Assembly (NCBI GenBank): GCA_043228905.1
Contig: JBHGNT010000004.1
Location: 5,084,001-5,148,000, forward strand
Source of the DNA: Azolla caroliniana
Taxonomy: Eukaryota > Plantae > Polypodiophyta
Reading direction: 5' to 3'
Length of the DNA: 64,000 nucleotides
The notes beneath the pieces are model-generated. The model searched no databases. It worked only from the letters and a program-made list of their open reading frames with translations, and had not been told where the DNA came from. Below are positions 35,101-46,064 of the stretch, piece after piece; position 1 is the stretch's first letter, and each line of letters starts with the position of its first letter. Position numbers and translations under genes: made by a program.

Positions 35101-35671
35101 CAGCATCCGGACGACCCCGTTCCGACTGGCATTCGGCTTGGAAGCAGTCATGCCAGTAGAATTCCAAATTCCTAGCTTAAGAATACAGGTTAAGGAGCGG
35201 TTAAGCGAGAAGGAATCCGAACGAATCCGGCTGAAGATGCTGTTAGAACTGGAAGAAAATCGAATAGCCAGCCTGCTACAGCTAGAACTAGAGCAAAGGA
35301 GGAGGAAAGCCTTTGTAGACCGACACCGGCGCGGTAACGAAAAGGAATTCGGTGTCGGGAAACCTGTATTACTGTTCCAGACAAGGATGGGGAGCATGCC
35401 AGGGAAATTGCGATTTCGGTGGACCGGACCATTCTGGATCACAAAGGAGTACAATGGGTCTTACCAGCTCGGGACGTTGTCAGGAGAAGTTGTGGGCAAA
35501 TGGGCAAATGGTTTTCGCCTAAAACCGTATAAGGGGCACATGCCAGCTAACCCCTTCAAGCAAGACCCGGAAAACCCGAATGGCGAGGAACCGACACCGA
35601 CGCGTAACAACGACGAGGAACCGACAACAGTGCGCACCGACCCGAACACATCAGGGGGAACCGAACAATGA
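32158..35671 (+). CDS. C pol (rest of protease, RT, RNase H, integrase), open frame
   Basis: VNVIS..LLLGRPWL, RVCVDYRKLN, SFLDGFSGYNQI, VFLDDF, VFVDASD, RPVYYASRKL, GGHY..CDLCQR, WGLDFVGP, ISDQG, YPQANGLAES, RWTGPF. No chromodomain and no additional (Tat-type) RNase H. Confidence 0.93.
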
Positions 35672-35683
35672 TGCGGCATATGT

Positions 35684-35718
35684 AAAAAAAAAAAAAAATA
35701 AATAAAAAAAAAAATAAA

Positions 35719-35749
<31 letters not shown>

Positions 35750-35775
35750 AAAATAAAAAAATAAAATAAAAAAAA
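35684..35775 (+). repeat. A-rich / (AAT)n tract just after the C pol stop
   Basis: About 90 nt of almost only A and T with several AATAAA, inside a GC-rich element. Confidence 0.9.
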
Positions 35776-36155
35776 TGATGACGTGCTACGGTCAAGAAGA
35801 TCAAGAAAATCATGGTAATAATGAAGGAGGTAGTTACAACCGTCACACGGGTGCACGAGCTATTTAAAGCACAGAACGTGGGGGCGCCGTTGTACAGGAT
35901 TTAAAACGCGCGTCAATTAAGGAGTCATAATGACAGACACGTAGAAGATTCGACACACGCGGCAAAGAAGCGGAAGCATGACACGCGGCAGCAAAGGACA
36001 CACATACTATTCATGACACAGCATGCGCAGGCGCCAAAAATAGGACATGCTATTCAAGGCAGAACACGTGCAGCCGTCAAAATTAAAGAGTGACATGCTA
36101 ATTATGGCAGGGGACGCGCGAAAATCAGGAAAAGGCGGCTGGAGGGAAACGCCAC

Positions 36156-36163
36156 TATATAAA
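36156..36163 (+). promoter_or_regulatory. Candidate internal TATA box for the extra ORF of C
   Basis: CTATATAAAGG about 120 nt upstream of GCGATGGCA (ATG 36284). Confidence 0.45.
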
Positions 36164-36283
36164 GGAAGAACCGGAGAAGGGTTCACTTTTTACGAATTTT
36201 CCCACAAGCAAACGCAGGCTCGACGCGCAGAACACCTACACCCCGACCTCAGACCACAGGCAGCAGCAGACGAAGAAGAAGCG

Positions 36284-39157
36284 ATGGCACTGTCGGACGG
36301 AGCGCGACAATGGCTGACGGAGAACGGATTAGGAGGGCTGCTGCGGGTCGCTGACGCTCCACCACACAAGGAACCAGAGCAGGCGGCAACAGCGGTGGAC
36401 TTAGCAGAGGTCACTGAAGGAGCGGTACAAGCGCTCACAGGGATTTCGGAGGGAGGACTTCAGACGATAGAGCTACCCTCGAGCCAAATATTCTTCGAGT
36501 ATTTCGGCGAATACTCCCTTAGTAGCAAGGCGTATCGCACACAGGGCGGAGAGAACCTGCTGTTCGGAGAGGTGGCCCGCGCCCTGATGGAGTACGGGTT
36601 CGTGAACCCTCGTCCGGCAGCCATAGCCAAATACCGAGCAGCGATCGTCATCGCGACATTCGAAGGCCTGCAGGTGGACTGGCTCCATTTCATCACCGAA
36701 GGACTGAAAGAGGCGATCAAGCACTTAGTGGAAGGGAAGAAGCCATGGGCCGGAATATCCCAATGGTTAACAGTGTTGGTCCCACCGGTGTCCCCCATCA
36801 AGCACAAGCAAAGAAGTCGGCAGGAGACTACCCCGAAGCAAACCATGAAACGCCGACGAATCCTAGAAAAACACACTCCAGGATGGACACAGGAAGAAGA
36901 AGCGCCGCCAGAAGAGGGATCATCCCGACAGCCGCGGAAAGAAGGCTCATCTCGACAACCGAGGGAAGAAGACTCCTCCCGACAGCAACAGAAACAGCAA
37001 CAGCAACCGACAACGAAGAAGAAAAAGGCGGAAAAAGGCAAGGAGAAGGTGGCAAAGAAGACCAGCAAGAGGCAAACCGACACCGAACCAGTAACGCTCG
37101 AATCGGAACCGGTACCAGTAAAGGAACCAATAGTGGCACCGACGGAGGACGCTGAAACAGAGGAAGACTCATCCGAGCCGATGTTAATACTACCACCCAG
37201 GCAAGGAAAGGAGAAACGAGCGACAAGACCGACCCCAACAGCGGACGAAACTCAGCAACGGGCAAAAGAACCGCCTCCAGTAACCGGAACAGAAGCGACA
37301 CAGGATGAAGGTTCGTCTGCACCAAAGACGGCAGTACCGGAACCGACGGCGGCGGAGTTCGAAGAACAAAGAAAGGAACAAGCGCCGGAACAAGAGAAGA
37401 GGCCGGAGAAACAGCCGGAAAAACAGCCGGAGCTAGGCACGCCTGCTGACACCAACGAAGGCAGAACAAAGGCACAATGGCTAAGGTGGTTGTCAGGGCA
37501 GTTGTCGGGAGTAGCAGACCAGATGGAGAAAGAGGAGGAGCAAAGAGAAGAAGTGACTAGGACGATGACTAAGGATATGGTCATGCTCCGGGCACAATTA
37601 CATGAGCTGCAAGAAGAGATAGCACAGGCAAAAGAAGGCAGCCGACAAGCACAAGATGGCACCGAGCCGGTCGGGACATCAGAAAAGCAAGCCGAACCAC
37701 AAACGGAGAAGGCCTTGCAAACCGGCCCTGAGACCGAGAAGTTAATAGCAACTTTGAAAGAAGAATTACAGGCTCAGGAGGCATTGAGAGATAACGAAAG
37801 AGAACAGCGGAAGTTGGTAGAAGACGACAGACGGCGAATGGAGGAAGGCCTTCGCCGAAGCAAAGCCACCAATGACCGACTACAAGAAGAAAACGGGACA
37901 CTGCAAAAGGAAAAAGATAGGCTGCGCCGACGAATGGAGCAGGAAATTGAGCGGTTGCGAGAGGAACTCCGACAACAAAAGGACCGGGATGATCAGTTGC
38001 GAGCTCAGGCGAACCGACGCCTAAAACAGAAGACGGAGGAATTCGACCGACTATGTAAGGATTATAAACAGGCCACGTCGGACATCAAGAATCAGGCAGC
38101 AACGTACGACCGACAGATGGAGAAGCTGAAAGAGCAGCTCAAGGAAAACCGCTTGGAATTGTCCAAAGCAAGGGAGGAAGTATCGGCGGAGAAGACCTTG
38201 ACGTCGGAACAAAGAAAGGAGATGGAAGTACTTCGGCAGAAAGTAGGGGAACTGACAAAGAGCCGGAACGAGGAAAAAGTGAAGTTGACTTTCGAAATCA
38301 ACAAATGGCGGAGTACCTGTGACAAGCAGAAAGTCGACTCTGAAGCTCAAGCTCAGTTAATGGCCGACATCATCAAACGGATAAGGAAGGAAAAACAAGC
38401 AGCTTCGGAACAGGCTAAAGCAGGGGTTGACCGAATTAAGTTCATCATGTCAAGCTGGAGTACCCGAGCTCAGGCCAGCATAAATGAAAGCACGGAGAAA
38501 CTCTGGAAGGAATGGGCACAACAGGCAGCTGAACTGCAGATACTCTGAGCTGATGCAGAAAATCGGAAGAAAAACGGAGATGGGTTCTATAAAATGGACG
38601 AAGAAAGTATCGTCAACATCCGGGAAGAACTGTCGGAGGATTTCTATGCTCTAGCAGAAGAACATCTCAAGGAAATCCGAGGGTTAGTAGAGAGGTTGGA
38701 TGACGGACAGCTCGAAACCCAACTAGAATTGGAAGGGTACGAGAAGGACCGACTGCGACAGGAAGCCGAGGGACACACAACGCCGATCTCCATTAGTGAG
38801 GGCGAGCGACCGGCTGAAGAGGACCCAACCAACAATGTACCCGAGGAAGAACTTCCGGAGCAAGAGCAGGTTGATGCCGGGGATGATGCAGAGTGGAGAC
38901 AGAGAAGTACCGAATCCGGGGAGGAAAGGACACAACCAGTGGAAACCGGAGAGAGCGATACCGGGAACGGAACGGAGGTGGAGCAGGACAGACCCGGACA
39001 GGATACAGAAGAAACACTGGTACCACCGGTACAAGCAGAGTCGGAGCAGCAAGATGCGAAAAGGCAGCCAATCCAATCGGACGTCGGAGACGGCACAGGC
39101 AAAACAACACTTGAAACCTCGGAGCGGAGTTTGCCTGATAATTTGGAGGAAGACTGA
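36284..39157 (+). CDS. Additional 3' ORF of C, ~957 aa with one in-frame TGA at 38546-38548; unknown function (globular N-domain, acidic/basic linker, long coiled coil)
   Basis: Track ORFs 36047-38548 and 38594-39157 are in the same frame with no other stop between them. Ends 50 nt before the 3' LTR. Start at 36284 is inferred; ATG 36047 is the alternative. Confidence 0.78.
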
Positions 39158-39207
39158 AGCCGGCTGTGGGTTCGAAGTGCAATGCACTTTCCCACGGGCG
39201 TGCCATG

Positions 39208-39578
39208 TGTTGGCCGGTCAGAGAAGGCAAATGGGAAAGCAAGGTCGGATCGGATAAATATAGAAATAGGAATAGAATTATTAGGAGGGACGGATCCGGT
39301 AGTTGTAACCGATCCGGATCCGAACCGATTCGGTTTCGGTTAACGGTTGCCTACCGAGCACCGATTGTAATCTGGCCGGATGCCTATAAAAGGATCCGAT
39401 GTTTTGTAATGAAAGCGCGAAGAATTAATATAGTTTTGCTTATGCTGATTAATCTTGTCTTCGTCTGTGCTTAAGTGTAATTATCATACGCGTGTATTAA
39501 CATCCTATCCCTACCACCCCTTTGGAGAAGTGTCGGATAGACACCTGTGTTGCGGCTAGTCCAGCCATACATACAACA
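39208..39578 (+). repeat. 3' LTR of C
   Basis: Copy of 22341-22711, followed by TSD TTCGT. Confidence 0.95.
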
Positions 39579-40813
39579 TTCGTAAGTCAATTTTCGTAAA
39601 ATATCGAGCCCCGTGCAAACGATCAATCAAATCATCGGCACGAGGGAATGGATATGCATTCTTAATTGTCATTTTATTCAAACGGCGATAATTGATACAC
39701 ATTCGCCACGAACCTTCCTTCTTCTTGACTAATAGAACTGGCGCACCCCAAGGTGATTTACTATACCTAATGTGGCCCATACTCAAGTATTCCTTAAGTT
39801 GTTTAGCGATCTCATCCTCTTCTAATCGACTAAGTCGGTAAGGTGGAATGCTCACAGGAGCAGCCCCAGGGATGAGTTCAATTTGATGGTCCACATTACG
39901 TTTAGGTGGTAAAGTAAGCGGTAATTCAATAGGAAACACATCTTGAAAATCCTCTAAAATAGAGTTGAGTAATCGTTGCTCAAAATGTGGTAATTGTGTG
40001 GCGTCAATATTAAAATAATAAAATTGAACCGCAGGATCAATTACACACGAATAAATTAATGAACTAGAATACTCACTTAAAGATTTAGAAGACACAAGTG
40101 AATGAGAAGGAAGTTTGGAACATTGAATAAAATGTTTACAATTATTAAGTTCAAATGTGATTGAGTGATTAACCCAATCAATGGACAAAGAAGGGTTTTT
40201 ATTAAAAAACCAAGGATATCCTAAAATGACATCTGCGGATTGTAATTTCATAACATGAAAGTCAAGCTTCTCCAAATAAGTATCTATTTGAATTGGCAGT
40301 TGACAAACAATGCCACTGATGTATTGAACGTTTCCATTTGCCATGTGAACTTGATAGATATGATCACTTGCGTTTATGTGGAGCTCCATTTGCTGCACAA
40401 AGTGATCATTAAGAAAATTGTGAGAACTACCGGAATCAAACAAGAAATGTGCTTGTGTTCCATTGATATATCCGACTGCTCGGAGTAAATCATTAGGTCC
40501 AAGTAAATGTGAAGGAAAAGTGCATTCACATAAACTTAAGTGATTGGTATGAACTTCAACAATATCAAAAGACTCACCTGTGTGACTCGTAGATTTGTGT
40601 TGAGGAGGGGTGTTCATTGACTTCCTCTCAAGACGACGACAGGTATCCTTTGTGTGGCCCCGCTTCTTGCAATATGCACAGAAGAGGTTCGGTTTCTTTG
40701 AGTCGCGGTCAAGAGTGTCACTGGATTGCTTACGTTTCCCAATGAACTTGACATTCGGAGTTTTGGCGAACTCAGGTTTATTGTGGTCTTTCTTGGAAGT
40801 CCTATGGTATCTC
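39579..40813 (-). pseudogene. B nucleocapsid knuckle, protease and RT N-terminus
   Basis: In frame: [60 protein letters not shown]. Rejoins TGYHQI across the C insertion. Confidence 0.9.
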
Positions 40814-41589
40814 TATCTTGAGTAATCATGGCGGCTCCCCGAGGCTCAACCATGGTTCTTACATCAATGAAATTTCCTAGATAGCCTTATATTAATGCCA
40901 ACCCATCATGTATTATATGGTCGAGAAAGTGTATTACGTGAAAAAACAAGTGCACTCACAAGTAATATTCTAGTCTTGCGAGCAATAAGCAAACGTGATG
41001 ATAAAATGATAAAATAAGGCACTACTCATAAGAGTTAAGTAGTGACGAAAACAAGGGTAAAAAAAGAAAAAAAAGAACCCATGTGTTACCTACGAAAAAA
41101 AACAATGTCACAAATAAATGGGAAGTGCAAGGTATGCACATATACATCCCAATATGATTGTTATAACTTGCACAATTGTGACATAAGCCACAAATTGATA
41201 CAAGTGATGACGGTGTTGTGCGCAAAGATGTAATACTCAAATCCATGAGTAAAACATCAATAAGGGAACTCATATGGTTTTACTCGTTTTCTAAGGCTTG
41301 ATGATAAGAGTTAAACCTAGATGACCCGTTGAAAAAAAATAAATCGTTCAACAAGCCACTCCATACGAAAAAATAGTCTACACGTAAAGGTTACATTAAA
41401 ATAAACGATGTAAATACTTTATACATGAAAAGGAAGTGGAAAAAGGAGAGCTAATTGTGGGCGGGTAAATAATAATTACTAGAAAATCATATAAGTGAAA
41501 CAATACTTATGAAATTAAAATTTAATTAGAATAATCAACAATTAGGTGTATGGAATCAAACATGCCCTAAGATACGAAACCCTAGGGTA

Positions 41590-41920
41590 GTTGACATGCA
41601 CCTCCTCAAGACCACCACATATCCCTAGAATCGGCCAAGTAATGGCTAATTAAAGAGGAAAGTGGCATAGGTAAGTGACATATACCTCGTCAAGGCCACA
41701 TCATCCCTTAGAATCGGCCAATTGATGGCTAATTAAAAAGGAAAGTGGCATATGTAAGCTACATATACCTTGTCAAGGCCACAACATCCCATAGAATCGG
41801 CCAATTGATGGCTTAATAGAGAGTAGAGTGGCATAGGTAGGCAACATACACCTCGTCAAGGCCACATCATCCCTTAGAATCGGCCAAGTGATGGCTCAAT
41901 AGAGGGGAAGAGTGGTATAC
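41590..41920. repeat. 4 x 83-bp tandem repeat in the 5' leader of B
   Basis: TAGAATCGGCCAA at 41626, 41709, 41792 and 41875. Confidence 0.9.
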
Positions 41921-42355
41921 TCAACATCATATGCAAAACGGCCATGAGATAAGCGTGTGCGATTAGAGCAAACACGCTCGACCCAATGCACAAGAATAAT
42001 TATTATCGTAAGAGTTCAATAGAGGAGAGAGTGGGATATATATCGCAATATGCAAAAGGCCATGAGTTGAGCGTGTGCGATTAGTGCAAACACGCTCGGC
42101 CCGATGCATAATAATAAGTAAAATCGTAGCGTAGTAGGAGGTAGAAAGAAAGAGAATAAAACGTAATACCAATTTGATTCGACCATAAAGAACGCATAAT
42201 AGAAAAAGAGAAGAGATCAAAAAAGAAGAATACCGGGTTTAGAGTGTTGTTTTGATCCTGAGAAGAGCATGACGAGCCTTGTTAGATCCCCCTCGCTCAC
42301 ACGCAAAAAACATCAAAACAACAAAAAAAATTGTTAGTAAAAGCTCTGATACCAC

Positions 42356-42825
42356 TGTTAAGAGTCTATTACTAATCAATAGACCAAATCAAGTAAAAAG
42401 GAAGAAAATAGATTGGATAGAAGAACCCGTTCCACCCGACCACCCCCGAGCTATGATCTAGACATAGCCAACCTACCACCGACGTCCCATACCGCCGGAT
42501 ATTAGGATGACTAATACCTTGGAAGAGATAAACACGATCGTCGAGACGAAAGCCTAGCCCGCACCACCGGTGTCTACGACAGCAGCCTTCCGACGTGATC
42601 CCTATGAGGGTAGCTAAGCCTCATATTTATACCTTTTCCTAGGCCCCTTGAATAGATGTGCCTTTCTAAAAGGCTCTCTATTCATTGGTTGTCTAAATCA
42701 TGATAGTGCATGCACATATCATTCATTCTATCCAATCATTAGTCCCCTTTTAATAATAGTGAACATACCCTTCACTAATGTAAATATTAGTGACCCACCC
42801 TCACCAACGTTATGTGTACATAACA
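42356..42825 (-). repeat. 5' LTR of B (470 bp)
   Basis: TGTTAAG...ATAACA; PBS adjacent; TSD GCCTA. Confidence 0.93.
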
Positions 42826-42830
42826 GCCTA

Positions 42831-43730
42831 TGTAGTTGACGTAGTCAAGGCCCGATCGATAAAAAGCTGTCGGCCTTCGAACTCGTCTGGATCTCCTAGG
42901 TGCCGATTGTGTTGGATCGATATCTTCAATCGGCTCAATCAGCCAATCAGTATTACTTGAACCATCTTCAAGAGTCTTGTTGGATGACTCGCCCATGTAA
43001 TAGGATTTCGGTGATGTTTGGTCATCCTCCCTACTTCGGGATTGATTGACAGAGGTGATTGACGGAGGCATTTGTGCCTTGGCCGATTCAACTCGGTCTT
43101 TTCACACTTTAGCCTGTTTGAGCATTTTGGTCATTTCAACTCTGTCGTTTTCACCTCCTGTCAATCCTGTAGTCGAATCAATTTCGACTAGTGGGTCGCT
43201 TGCCGATTCGGATTCGGTAGAGCGATCGTTGGCTTGGCTTTCTTCGACGGTTGGTTGAATCGCTAGTTCGATCCATTGGGTTGGTCCTTTTACGACATGT
43301 CTACCGATTTTTGGCTGGTTCCGCACATAGAGAATTGAGTCTTCATTGAAGACTACTTCACTACTCTGGATCAATTTCTGGTTCTGTGGGTCCCATAGTC
43401 GGTAGCCGAAGTCCCCATCGGTTCCATAGCCGAGAAATATGCACTTTGTTGCATGGGGCGCCAACTTGGTCCACTTATCCTTGGGGACGAATGCATAGGC
43501 TTCGCCTCCGAATATACAGAGCCTATCGTAGGTCGGTTGTTTGCCTGACCATAGTGCCTGTGGCACTTCGACTTGCACTACTCTTGATGGCGACATATTT
43601 ATCAAGTATACTATTGTTTGCAGTGCTTCTCCCAGAATTCCAGCTTTAGTTCGGAGTGTTGGAGCATTGCCATCACCCTCTCTTGGATCGTCCGGTTGAT
43701 CCGTTCCGCCACTCCATTTTGCATGGGTGT
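42831..43730 (-). pseudogene. Copia A integrase C-terminal part and linker
   Basis: GEALQTIVYLINMSPS, IFGGEAYAFVPKDK..KL...ATKCIFLGYG..GDFGYRLWDP, PRRSRR. Contains frameshifts. Confidence 0.88.
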
Positions 43731-43735
43731 GTAGG

Positions 43736-44175
43736 TGTTGAGATATCAAGCTCAACTAGTTTAATCTAGTTAGTCAGCACATGTAACTTAGTAGTTACCT
43801 AGATCGAATCTAGTTAATGTGTTGACCTTAAGCCTTTAAATAGGACCTTGTACTTAAGCGGGATATTCTAGATCCTCCACTCCTTAGTACATTTAATGTA
43901 GGACTTACACATAAGTACCTATGTTCTACCCACACATGTGCACCTTTGCACATGGTTTGTATATATACCTCATTGTGGGTATTTTTGTAAATGATGACAC
44001 TTTTCAATATAGTCAATCATCCCCCATTTATCTTCGTGTTTATAAGTGTAACTTCCTCTCTCTCTCTCTTCCTCTCACACACTCTCACGTGCATATCATA
44101 CTAATCTTCCACTGCTTAATGTAACCATATAATTAGTCTCTAATTAACCCTAGTTATTTACCTAATTACTTAACA
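43736..44175 (+). repeat. 5' LTR of E
   Basis: TGTTGAG...TTAACA. Confidence 0.93.
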
Positions 44176-44351
44176 TGGTATTAGAGCGCGTGGTTTAGGA
44201 AATCCACTAAACCCACCGCTTATTCGTGATTGTGTGTTCAAGACGCCGACGACAAATCCCAGCTATTCGCTATCCGCTACCGTAGTGCCGCTACGAAGGA
44301 CGTGTACGCGACCAAGAGAAGAAAAACAAAACGGAAGACACAACAATCAAC

Positions 44352-45587
44352 ATGAACAAACAAATGGGAAGCTCACTCCCTAGCGAAAAGCTAGACCGAA
44401 GCAATTATTCATCTTGGGAGTACAAGATGAATCAATACCTTGTCGGCCAAGGGTATTGGAGCTACATCAACGACGCACAAGAAAACAAACCCGAAATCAC
44501 ACACGCCAACTACCCAACGTGGGAGCAAGGCGTGAGTTGGGTAATGTATTGCTTGGCAACATGTGTAAACGACCACATGTTAAGCCACATTTGTGACGCC
44601 AAGACGCCCAAAGAGGTGTGGGAAAATCTCAAGAAGATTTTCGCTGCGGACACATCCGCGCGCAAGCTTCAACTCTGGCAAGAGTTGAACAACATACGAC
44701 AAAAAGAAATGTCCGTTACAGACTACACCGCCAAGATCAAGAGCATTTGCGACTCGCTTGGCTCCATCAACGTCAACATCGACGAGGACGAGATGGTGCA
44801 AGTATGCTTGGGCGGCCTCGCACAACGATTCAACCCGTTGAGAACGGCAATCTTGGCGAGAGATACCCCTCCCTCGTTCTTCAACCTCCAATCAATGCTA
44901 TTGGTCGAAGAAAACCACGATCAACCAAAGACCAACACATCAAAAGGACAAATGCTCTTCTCCGATACGGATGGTGCCCATAGACGAGGTCGACGCGGAA
45001 GAGGTCAATTCGACCTATCCCACGAAGGGAATTCACAATTTCGGCAAGGAAACGGAAGCCATCGAGGAACCTTCACAAGAAGGGGGAGCTTCCACGCCGA
45101 ACAAGGTCGGCGAACGACGCCACCTACGTGCAACTATTGCGGCAAAATCGGCCATCGCGAAGAGGTGTGCCGAAAAAGACGAAGCAAGTCGGCCTCAACA
45201 AGCCGACAACTCACAAATTACGCCGCGAACGCGGAATACGTGGACTACGGTGGACTCTTCGTGATGAGGCATAGAATGAACTCTATGATGGCCTCTGATC
45301 CTGCAAACTCCGCAAGCACCTCCAACTCCGAACACGTGTGGTTCGTAGAGTCCGACGCCTCGCACCACATGACGTCGCACCAAGAGTGGTTTCACGACTT
45401 GTGAACGCCGGATCGACCCGACTACATAGAGACCGGAGACGACACTCCGCATCCCATTCGGCACATCGGCAATGTCCCATTCGGGAAAGAAGGCGAGCAA
45501 ACTTGCATCAAGAATGTCTTGCACGTGCCCACAATAACAAAGAATTTGGTCTCGGTTGGCCAAATCGTGGAGCAAGGCATGCAAGTC
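44352..45587 (+). pseudogene. E gag-protease (TGA at 45402-45404; cut by F)
   Basis: EKLDRSNYSSWEYKM, UBN2-type gag, CNYCGKIGHREEVC, WFVESDASHHMT, NVLHVPTITKNLVSVGQ. Confidence 0.88.
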
Positions 45588-45871
45588 TGTTGGAGACAAA
45601 GTCGTCTGGGCGGAAGATCAAGAAGCATTCGATTGCTGTTGAGTACCTGCGTATGACAGATTGTAGGTCGTTGCACAGAGAGAGAGAGAGAGAGAGAGGC
45701 ACACAAATACTTCTTATTCCATAAAGCAATAATACAACACCCAACCTTACAAAAAGGTTACAAGGTCACTATATATAGTGACCGACTTAGGGCAACTACC
45801 CTTTATGCTAATTACATAAATGGCCAAAACGGGATAGTGTGAATACGTCCATTATACACATGTATTCGACA
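45588..45871 (-). repeat. 3' LTR of F (284 bp)
   Basis: TGTTGG...TCGACA with (AG)n. Confidence 0.95.
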
Positions 45872-46064
45872 CTCCCCCGTAATGGGCGTATACATGGGTT
45901 ATCTAAGATTACAAGTATAGACTTAGGTTCTCGGACATATCAGCTTTGTTCGAGTCGGCAGGGTCCGAAGGCAGAAGACCGAACTGGTCGGGTCGGAACA
46001 GTTGAAGCCGATCATTAAGGAACTGATGTCGGTTGTCGGAAACCATCCTGCGCTGTGTCCGGCT

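Larger units (their letters stand above)
22341..39578 (+). mobile_element. Ty3/Gypsy non-chromovirus C (Athila-like pol, short LTRs, extra 3' ORF), inserted in B; hosts D
   Basis: 371-bp LTRs at 22341-22711 and 39208-39578, no differences seen. TSD TTCGT at 22336-22340 and 39579-39583. PBS-like TGGCGACCAC at 22718-22727 (matches a tRNA-Arg-type 3' end). Confidence 0.95.
19368..42825 (-). mobile_element. Ty3/Gypsy chromovirus B (Tekay/Del-like), inserted in A; hosts C
   Basis: LTRs 19368-19842 and 42356-42825. TSD GCCTA at 19363-19367 and 42826-42830. PBS TGGTATCAGAGC (42343-42354, minus strand) and PPT GAAGTAGGGGAGTA. PR-RT-RH-INT-chromodomain order. Confidence 0.95.

Noticed and set aside
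36047-38548. Host myosin/SMC-like gene or retroviral env
   Set aside because: It lies between pol and the 3' LTR, is intronless, matches element composition, and has no motor/ATPase motif or transmembrane segment.
22712-39250. Many overlapping antisense and alternate-frame ORFs of 60-316 aa in C and D
   Set aside because: Shadow ORFs expected in GC-rich coding DNA; no motifs.
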